Positions 1 through 6,880 of a DNA stretch of 64,000 nt are shown piece by piece. Location: NCBI GenBank assembly GCA_910585215.1, contig CAJUDQ010000008.1, forward strand, positions 14,663 to 78,662, read 5' to 3'. Under the pieces are notes generated by a model, which worked only from the letters and a program-made list of their open reading frames with translations, was not told the DNA's origin and did not search any database. Source of the DNA: an uncultured Lachnospiraceae bacterium (lineage in GTDB: Bacteria; Bacillota; Clostridia; Lachnospirales; Lachnospiraceae). Position numbers and translations under genes: made by a program. Within the stretch, counting starts at the first letter, position 1. Each line of letters begins with the position of its first letter.

Positions 1-1651
1 ATATTGCACCTTTGCAGCCCGATGTAACCAGTTTTGAATACCTTGCCAAATAGCCTTTTTTTACTTTTATTTCAAAAGGAATGAATGTTTTCCTCCTGTT
101 TTCCAGTTCTTCATCTGAAACCAGAACATTAATTGTATTTGCAGGTATATCTATCTCTATCATATCGCCATTCTGAATCAAAGCAATGTTTCCCCCAGCT
201 GCTGCCTCTGGCGATACATGACCAATCGCAGCTCCACGGGTAGCACCGGAAAATCTGCCATCTGTGATAAGTGCTACACTGTCTCCCAAACCGCTGCCCA
301 TAATAGCCGATGTAGGATTTAACATTTCACGCATACCCGGCCCGCCTTTTGGACCCTCATATCTGATTACAACAACATCTCCGGCCTGTATTTCTCCTGC
401 GTAAATTGCATTTAATGCCGGTTCTTCTCCATCAAATACTTTAGCTCTGCCTTTATGCCGCATCATATTTTCTGCAACAGCAGCCCGTTTCACTACACAT
501 CCATCTGGAGCCAGATTCCCTTTGAGAACAGCAATTCCTCCTTCTTTACTATAAGGGTTTTCGATGCTTCTGATAACAGTATGGTCCTTAATCTCTTTTC
601 CACAAATAATTTCTCCTATCGTTTTTCCATTGCAGGTAATGCAGTCTTTATTCAACAGTCCTGTTTTGTTGATTTCATGCATTACAGCAGCAATGCCGCC
701 TGCTTTATGCAGCTGTTCTATGTAATGTTTTCCTGAGGGAACAAGATGACATATATTCGGTGTTTTTGCTGAAATATTATTCGCTGTCTCTAAATCTAAA
801 CATAAGTCACATTCATGTGCAATGGCAGGCAGATGAAGCAGGCTGTTCGTTGAACCGCCTAATGCCATATCAATTGTAAGCGCGTTTTCAAAAGCCTCTT
901 TTGTCATAATATCCTTTGGCTTTATCCCTTTTTTAACCAATTCCATAACCTGCATTCCTGTTTCTTTTGCCAGACGAAGCCTTTCAGAGTAAATAGCAGG
1001 AATTGTACCATTTCCACTGAGTGCCATTCCAAGCACTTCTGTAAGGCAGTTCATGCTGTTTGCCGTAAACATCCCCGAACAGGAACCACAGGTTGGGCAG
1101 GCACAATTCTCATACATACGCAATGTGTCTGTGTCAATTTTTCCATTCTTATATTCGCTTACAGCTTCGGAAATATTTGAATAGCTGATTTTCCTGTTTT
1201 CAAAATCACCTGCAAGCATTGCTCCACCACTGATAAATATGGAAGGTATATTAAGCCTTGCAGCTGCCATAAGCAACCCCGGAACATTCTTGTCACAATT
1301 TGGTATAAATACCAGCCCGTCAAAAGGGTGTGCTGTTGCCATTGCTTCCGTAGAGTCAGCAATCAGCTCTCTTGTAACCAGTGAAAATCTCATGCCTTCA
1401 TGTCCCATTGCAATGCCATCGCATACTGCAATAGCAGGAAAAACAAACGGCACTCCACCAGCCAGTGCAACCCCCTGTTTAACAGCTTCGGCAATCTTAT
1501 CAATATTCATATGCCCTGGTACAATTTCATTGTAAGAACTGACAATGCCAATGAACGGCTTTTCCAGTTCTTTTTCCGTTACGCCTAATGCATGTAACAG
1601 GGCTCTTTGCGGAGCTGCAGATATTCCTTTTTTGATTTTATCACTTCGCAT
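1..1651 (-). CDS. ilvD: Dihydroxy-acid dehydratase (IlvD/Edd family); C-terminal part lies off the window
   Basis: Not in the ORF track because the frame is open to position 1. My minus-strand translation from ATG 1651-1649 reads [91 protein letters not shown]..., a canonical IlvD N-terminus. GGAGG (1660-1664) lies 8 nt upstream. The plus-strand ORFs 455-736, 1239-1535 and 1400-1588 are antisense shadows. Confidence 0.85.
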   Translation of the reverse strand, partial: MRSDKIKKGISAAPQRALLHALGVTEKELEKPFIGIVSSYNEIVPGHMNIDKIAEAVKQGVALAGGVPFVFPAIAVCDGIAMGHEGMRFSLVTRELIADSTEAMATAHPFDGLVFIPNCDKNVPGLLMAAARLNIPSIFISGGAMLAGDFENRKISYSNISEAVSEYKNGKIDTDTLRMYENCACPTCGSCSGMFTANSMNCLTEVLGMALSGNGTIPAIYSERLRLAKETGMQVMELVKKGIKPKDIMTKEAFENALTIDMALGGSTNSLLHLPAIAHECDLCLDLETANNISAKTPNICHLVPSGKHYIEQLHKAGGIAAVMHEINKTGLLNKDCITCNGKTIGEIICGKEIKDHTVIRSIENPYSKEGGIAVLKGNLAPDGCVVKRAAVAENMMRHKGRAKVFDGEEPALNAIYAGEIQAGDVVVIRYEGPKGGPGMREMLNPTSAIMGSGLGDSVALITDGRFSGATRGAAIGHVSPEAAAGGNIALIQNGDMIEIDIPANTINVLVSDEELENRRKTFIPFEIKVKKGYLARYSKLVTSGCKGAI

Positions 1652-1834
1652 ATTCATAACCTCCTTGATTTATTGTTTTTCATTATAATATGTCTGATGT
1701 CTTATGTCAAGTATATTGTCTACTGTATTTTGTTTGGTTGTAAAATTATTTTTAATTGATGCTAAAACGAAGCAAAAAAGACATGGTTCAAATAGACCAC
1801 GCCTTTTTTGTTTCATATCATAATTTTGCAGATT

Positions 1835-2521
1835 TTATTCTGTTTTTTTCAATTCTAACCTCTCTATTGCATGAAGAATATGTATTCTCATAGCATTTCT
1901 TGCGCCCTCTGCATTTCTGCTTTTCATAAAATTCATAAGTATTCTGTGATCCGTAACCGTATCCTCTGAAGCAACTTTTTTCTTTTTGGACAAGGTTACA
2001 CCCTTATCAATCGCTTCCTGTATTACCGGCATCAGCTTGTTCATAAAATCATTATGAGTTGCCTTTGCAATAGAACGATGAAAAGCCTGTTCTTCCAGAG
2101 TCCTGTCCTTATCCTCCAATATGAGCTGCTCTATATTTTCACCAATTGACAGGATTCTTTGCAGTTCACTTTCTGTAGCCCGCAATGTTGCATAATAGGC
2201 CGCCTCCGGTTCAAAAATCAGACGCATCTCATATAAATCATCGGCGTTCATTTTTGCCGTAGTCAAAACAGATAACTCATCGAAAGAATTTTCTTCAAAA
2301 TTTTCTTTCACAAAAGTCCCTTTGCCTCTTTGAATCTCGACAATATTGCCGGCTGCCAGAATCCTTATGGCTTCTCTTAGTGTCGTCCGGCTGACTCCAA
2401 ACTCTTTTGATAACTCATTTTCATTTGGGAGTTTATCGCCCGCTTTAAATCTTTTCTCTATCGTAATCATGGACAGTATAGAATCCGCCACATTGTCTGA
2501 TAACCGTTTTTCTTTGGTCAT
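1835..2521 (-). CDS. GntR/FadR-family transcriptional regulator (winged HTH plus FCD-like C-terminal domain)
   Basis: 228-aa ORF. N-terminus: KLPNENELSKEFGVSRTTLREAIRILAAGNIVEIQRGKGTFV, the GntR HTH signature. The C-terminus is helical and FadR-like. Confidence 0.85.
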   Translation of the reverse strand: MTKEKRLSDNVADSILSMITIEKRFKAGDKLPNENELSKEFGVSRTTLREAIRILAAGNIVEIQRGKGTFVKENFEENSFDELSVLTTAKMNADDLYEMRLIFEPEAAYYATLRATESELQRILSIGENIEQLILEDKDRTLEEQAFHRSIAKATHNDFMNKLMPVIQEAIDKGVTLSKKKKVASEDTVTDHRILMNFMKSRNAEGARNAMRIHILHAIERLELKKTE

Positions 2522-2628
2522 ACTATCAACTCCTGTTTACAATTTTGTGAATATTATATCAAAAATTTGTATGGAAATCAACCTTTGTTGGACATCTGAC
2601 ATCTATGTACTAGCTTATCATATCAATT

Positions 2629-2654
2629 TTGTCTACCATAATAATTTTGTCTAC
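2629..2654. promoter_or_regulatory. Direct repeat AATTTTGTCTAC x2, a candidate GntR operator upstream of the regulator gene
   Basis: TTGTCTAC occurs at 2629-2636 and 2647-2654, and again at 1716-1723 upstream of the dehydratase gene. ATGTC(A/T)GATGTC occurs at 2591-2602 (reverse complement) and 1690-1701. Confidence 0.3.
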
Positions 2655-2786
2655 ACAACCTACCCGTAAAGTCATTCTGTCGAATTGAGTTTGATATTCG
2701 ATATTTCCAAAGCCTTAATTTTATGGCATTTGACATGATTGAAAACGCCGTAAGATCGCACTTAAAAGCCATAAATTCCTTGAAAT

Positions 2787-2846
2787 CAAAGCCTTTTCAC
2801 ATACCTACTTTTCAACCCTTGATATCAATACGACACACTCAACATG
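2787..2846 (-). repeat. Copy of the island junction repeat (small-gene 5' end fused to a recombinase fragment); about 80% identical to 10229-10287
   Basis: By-eye alignment: tcaaagccttttcacaTacctacttttcaacccttgatatcaatacgacacactcaacatg against tcaaagccttttcacaCacctactttttcaccatgacatcaacgcgatacactcaacatg. Confidence 0.7.
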
Positions 2847-3445
2847 GCTCGATTGCTCCGGATTGATATCAGATTTTTGCGATCGTTCGCGGGAATTTAT
2901 CAAAACGTATTTTTGCCATAAAACACACCAATTTTTACCATTGTTCATTCTCGGAAGTAAGTCAAAGGCCTTGCTTCTACCTACAATATACAAATCTACA
3001 GATTTTTCGACCGCCACAAAACTTCGCTCTGACGGAACAAGTTTCGGAGCCTGAAGACGACAATTGTCAGGATATTTTTCATACGGCCATTCCCAGACAT
3101 ATTCCAGTATTCCAAAAAATTCTCCGACATGTACGACGCACAAATTTGGCAATCCAATAAGAGCTGAGTACTTTATATTCTCATTATCAAGTCTCTGGCA
3201 AAACTCTTCGCACTTTTTTATCTCATCTGCGTTCAATGGCTTACCTTTTATCTCAAACCATCTATTCAAGTTGGGAATATAAAAGTCTGGAAGGTCTCTG
3301 GTTCCGTCCATTTCAAAGCCTTCAATCTCATATTCATAAGTCAGGCCAATAGTATTGAAAAAGACAGCCCATCGAGCTTCAAGCCGACTGCGAAATCGAT
3401 ATCCGTCACATACTTAGTTTCAATTGCTTTTATATCATTATTCAT
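2805..3445 (-). pseudogene. PD-(D/E)XK nuclease-like gene, frameshifted near its 5' end
   Basis: The 168-aa ORF (2805-3311) contains LPDFYIPNLNRWFEIKGK, a D...ExK motif. Its frame continues upstream without a start as VCDGYRFRSRLEARWAVFFNTIGLTYEYEIEGFE and is closed by TAA. An ATG at 3445 with an upstream GGAGGG opens MNNDIKAIETKYVTD in another frame. A 1-nt indel near 3395-3402 would join the two. Confidence 0.5.
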
Positions 3446-3464
3446 TAAAAAATATCCCTCCACT

Positions 3465-3740
3465 TCCGCAGATGTCATTTAATCCATTCTCCAATTTCAA
3501 GATTCACGAATTCTTCCAGTTTAATATTAGAATGGTAATCATCATCATACTTACTAGCAAGCATCTGTGCATCGTACTTGAACGATATGTTGTACAGCTT
3601 GACTTTTTTATTTTCCGGATTAGGTCATTCTTTATGAAAAAATCGATAACACGCTTATGCCCAATACATCCAGTTCCCAACTTTTACTTCATCGAAATGT
3701 GGGGCTATATCGGCAGGTAGTATACCCATGCAGGATTTTT
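3465..3740 (-). pseudogene. Decayed ORF remnant in three frames
   Basis: Minus-strand pieces are MGILPADIAPHFDEVKVGNWMYWA*, RVIDFFIKNDLIRKIKK... and PNPENKKVKLYNISFKYDAQMLASKYDDDYHSNIKLEEFVNLEIGEWIK*. They are separated by frame changes at A/T runs. I recognise no family. Confidence 0.3.
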
Positions 3741-3764
3741 GATGATTCTCGTCTGGTCACTTCC

Positions 3765-4487
3765 TCATCTCTTGATATACGGCACAATCACATCATAGAA
3801 CTTTTTTGTCCAGTCGGCATGGAAGTTAGCCATCTGTAGCCATTCTGTCTCATTCTCGATACTGACATTATTCAGCTGAATGAACACCTTGGATGATTTG
3901 ATGTCATCGCCACGATTCCATTGCAGTGTAGTACCCAGAACCGATTCGATTTCAGCTTTATGCGTGTAAAGGCTGTCAAAGGCATTCTTGTTTTCCTGTT
4001 TGCTTCCCCTGCCAAAGACAACCTCTGCTCGTGCCGCATCATAGTTCGCTACGCAGTAAAGATAGAATCCGCCGATTCCAAAGAACCCATTGATCCAGTT
4101 ATCTCTAGATGAACTAACATTTGAGAAGGAACCATCCTCTCCATGCGCCTTCTGGATAATTGGAAGTGCATACGTCCAGTATTTTCTCCGGAGTTCATGA
4201 CGACTGCCCGGCTGATCGGCATGAACTTCATTTTCATCACGCAGATAGAACATCAAATCTGCTCGATTTTCACCGTACAATTTGAACAGACGGCTCAAAA
4301 CAGACAGCTTGCTCTGGGTACTGGTATTTATCCACACATAAATGTCATCTCCGATCTCTAGCGATTTTGTAAATGCATCTGGATTGGTATTGAAGTGGAG
4401 TGCGATGTTTTCCTCCTCCGACATAGCTAGTTTTGTTATGATGGTTTTATCCTCCACATAAAGAATCTGAATAACTTTCTGGAACAT
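3765..4487 (-). CDS. DUF4268-like protein; its frame is open upstream to 4604
   Basis: 240-aa ORF. The C-terminal half (RKYWTYALPIIQKAHGEDGSFSNVSSSRDNWINGFFGIGGFYLYCVANYDAARAEVVFGRG...LQWNRGDDIKSSKVFI) matches my memory of DUF4268. See the frameshift finding. Confidence 0.6.
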   Translation of the reverse strand: MFQKVIQILYVEDKTIITKLAMSEEENIALHFNTNPDAFTKSLEIGDDIYVWINTSTQSKLSVLSRLFKLYGENRADLMFYLRDENEVHADQPGSRHELRRKYWTYALPIIQKAHGEDGSFSNVSSSRDNWINGFFGIGGFYLYCVANYDAARAEVVFGRGSKQENKNAFDSLYTHKAEIESVLGTTLQWNRGDDIKSSKVFIQLNNVSIENETEWLQMANFHADWTKKFYDVIVPYIKR

Positions 4488-4552
4488 CTCGACCCAGCTT
4501 GTTACCGGCTGCTCTGTATTCTTAAAGGTAAACTTAGCGATCAGGCGACTGG

Positions 4553-6292
4553 TTAGCTCACTCTCGTCCTCAAGGGTATAGGTGTCGAGCTGTTTTTTTC
4601 CGATTTATATTCTGTTACAGGCGCTGTCCAGATCGTCAATGCTCTGCCCATGAGATATGCACTGCGTTCTTCCAACTCTGCCAGCGTCCATTTATTCTTT
4701 TTGGCAATCCAAGTATTTATGCGGATACCGCTATCATCAAAACCATTCTGCATAGTTTTCTTTTTCGTAAATGAGCTATTGTTGTATTTTGAGTTATAGG
4801 CAATCAGTGTCAGATTTGCCATACGATGCAGCCACAACTCATGTATCTGCTCATAGTCATCGCCCAGTTCTTTCTGCCATACTAATGTAAGATGCTGCGG
4901 CATAATATGCTCAATTGAATATGTACCATCATCGCAATGACGGTATACATCCTTGTCCTCCGAAGAGCCAAAGTTCTCAAACCGTTCAAGAATATAAACC
5001 TTATTCTTGCTGTTCCTCAAATGCACCAGGCGTTCCTCAAATGCCGCCTTAAACTCCTCATCATCAGGGAAACGAGTACGCTCTTTCTTTGACAACAGTG
5101 CATATTTGAGTTTCTCAACATAGTTTTCCTCAGTGCCGTCGTATCGGATAATCTCTCTGTGCAGCATGAGGAAGATTTTATTCAAAGCATTTGTCGGCAA
5201 GTCACACATTGTCCTGCGGAACAGGTAATTCTCTGTGGTCAGGAAAATCTCTGTGACCTGTGCCAGCGTCAGCTTATTTTCGCTATAAAGACGCAGCACT
5301 TCAAGGAAGTACGGCCTTGTTACCGTCGTCTCCAAACGGTTCAGCCGGTCGATACATGCGTCAAGTACAGCGCTATCGGAATTACCATCAAGGAGAATTT
5401 GATAGCGTTTTGCGTAGGCCAGCATCTCAACAAGCAGCTGTTCTGTCTCGATCTTTCCGAGCTCCACAAAATCCTTAAAATTGATGTAGATTTTCTTCTG
5501 CTGTGGAATAGCCTGCTGCTTTACACTCAGGTAATCCCTGATGAAAGCACTAACATCATATTTCGTGCAGACCTCTATCTTATTCCAATATTTGTCGTAA
5601 TAGTTCTCTTGCTCCTTGGACGGCAAACTCATCAGGATGAAGTTCCTGATATTATCACCTTCGCTAAGATCGAGGCCAGTTGAGTTCAGGCTTTCAAAAA
5701 TGAGCTGCAGATTATCATCCATATCTAGCCAGATATTGATGATCTCCAAACCGCAGATCGCATCGTAAAGCTGGTCGATAGTAATTTCCTGCTTCTGAAT
5801 CCGGTCATAAAAATAGTCGTAGTTTACGGTCAAATTTGACTCGCGAACGTGTTCTGTCGGATCAGAGAACAGCTTGCCAAAAGCCGTCTGGTCGTTTTTG
5901 ACCAGCTTGAGCTTGATACGAATGTCTTCCGGCTTCCATTTATCTACGAGGTATTCCTCGAAAATACGTTGTTTAAGATTGGCTGTCTCTGGCACAATGA
6001 TACCCTTGTCAATCAGGTTATACATTGCGAGGAATAGCAGCGATACCGTAGTAAGACGCTGCTGACCGTCGATAATCAAAAACTCCTCATTGTGACCATC
6101 CGGATTATATACGGAAACAAAGCTCCCGAAGAAGTGACTCTTCTGGTGTCCCTTGATGATTTTTACGAGGTCATCATACAGCTGTTTGCAGTTCTCGGTC
6201 TTCCAGTCATAATTCCTCTGGTAAACTGGAATGACAAACCTCTTGTTGGAGCCCTCCAGATATTTAACGAATTTGCATTCAGAACCCTTCAT
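4553..6292 (-). CDS. GmrSD-like type IV restriction enzyme (N-terminal DUF262, C-terminal DUF1524 HNH-like nuclease)
   Basis: 579 aa. DUF262 motifs: FVIPVYQRNYDWK and IDGQQRLTT. DUF1524-type motifs: YSIEHIMPQ ... WLHRMANLTLIAYNSKYNNSSF. AAGGAGGAG RBS just upstream. Confidence 0.8.
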   Translation of the reverse strand: MKGSECKFVKYLEGSNKRFVIPVYQRNYDWKTENCKQLYDDLVKIIKGHQKSHFFGSFVSVYNPDGHNEEFLIIDGQQRLTTVSLLFLAMYNLIDKGIIVPETANLKQRIFEEYLVDKWKPEDIRIKLKLVKNDQTAFGKLFSDPTEHVRESNLTVNYDYFYDRIQKQEITIDQLYDAICGLEIINIWLDMDDNLQLIFESLNSTGLDLSEGDNIRNFILMSLPSKEQENYYDKYWNKIEVCTKYDVSAFIRDYLSVKQQAIPQQKKIYINFKDFVELGKIETEQLLVEMLAYAKRYQILLDGNSDSAVLDACIDRLNRLETTVTRPYFLEVLRLYSENKLTLAQVTEIFLTTENYLFRRTMCDLPTNALNKIFLMLHREIIRYDGTEENYVEKLKYALLSKKERTRFPDDEEFKAAFEERLVHLRNSKNKVYILERFENFGSSEDKDVYRHCDDGTYSIEHIMPQHLTLVWQKELGDDYEQIHELWLHRMANLTLIAYNSKYNNSSFTKKKTMQNGFDDSGIRINTWIAKKNKWTLAELEERSAYLMGRALTIWTAPVTEYKSEKNSSTPIPLRTRVS

Positions 6293-6299
6293 TTTTACT

Positions 6300-6760
6300 C
6301 CTCCTTGCTAACAAAGATTCCTAGAACATTCTGCCGAATGTATTCGACTTCGTTCTCTATGCTCGTTCGACCATACTTTGATAATGAGGCCTTTAGTTTC
6401 AATTTTCCAGTGCTACCATCCTTCACTTCTGGATAGTGGAGGTTATCTTTTTTATGGCCATAATGAGCCGTTTTGTCTGATCAACAGATGTGTTTATATC
6501 GTCATCTGGAATTATCTGTGCATTTTTGAATTTCTTACGGATGTTATTCTCATCTTTATCTTTTGGATTGCTAGCAATAGAAAGTGCCTGCTTCGGCAAC
6601 ATCCTAACATAATCATCCAATTCTACCTTTTCTGCCTCCTCGCTAACAAAGTAGACGTTTCCGAAAAGATTAAAACTTATTCTGCCTACACGACCTATCA
6701 AATTTCTGAAGTCGACTGATTCTATCTCACTACGAAATATCTTGTTATCTGTAAAGTTAT
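6300..6760 (-). pseudogene. Truncated, frameshifted 3' remnant of an unidentified gene that once preceded the GmrSD gene
   Basis: Frame 1 reads ...DNKIFRSEIESVDFRNLIGRVGRISFNLFGNVYFVSEEAEKVELDDY...AIKKITSTIQK*. After an A6 run, frame 2 reads EVKDGSTGKLKLKASLSKYGRTSIENEVEYIRQNVLGIFVSKEE*. That stop overlaps the RBS of the GmrSD gene. The 5' part is cut off at the IS fragment. Confidence 0.35.
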
Positions 6761-6870
6761 GGGATTATGTACACTGATAACTATCACAAAGTACATTCCT
6801 TTTTAGGATATCAAACCCCTATACAGTACAGGCAAAACAACCTTAAAAAAATTTCTAAAAAAGTGTTAAC
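6745..6870 (+). mobile_element. C-terminal tail of an IS3/rve-type transposase (fragment only)
   Basis: The plus-strand translation ...YTDNYHKVHSFLGYQTPIQYRQNNLKK resembles the conserved end of DDE (rve) transposases (..YN..R.H.SLGY.TP.EY). There is no upstream transposase body. Confidence 0.4.
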
Positions 6871-6880
6871 AATCCAAATA

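Noticed and set aside
455-1588. Plus-strand ORFs 455-736, 1239-1535 and 1400-1588, and minus-strand ORF 1159-1362
   Set aside because: They lie inside the clearly recognisable minus-strand ilvD reading frame, or out of frame with it. They have low-complexity translations and no RBS.
2690-2790. Additional serine-recombinase fragment left of the junction repeat (CEKALISRNLWLLSAIL...)
   Set aside because: The similarity to the resolvase-domain LDR.SRN region is short and only by eye. I kept it as part of the island description, not as a feature.
5159-5683. 174-aa and 72-aa plus-strand ORFs antisense to the GmrSD gene. Similar antisense ORFs lie within the helicase, hydrogenase-like, GH42, ankyrin, peptidase, PPK2 and carB genes (for example 21119-21670, 27723-28226, 44921-45466, 51065-51496)
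   Set aside because: They are shadow ORFs on the opposite strand of long genes with strong family signatures. None shows a recognisable motif or start context.
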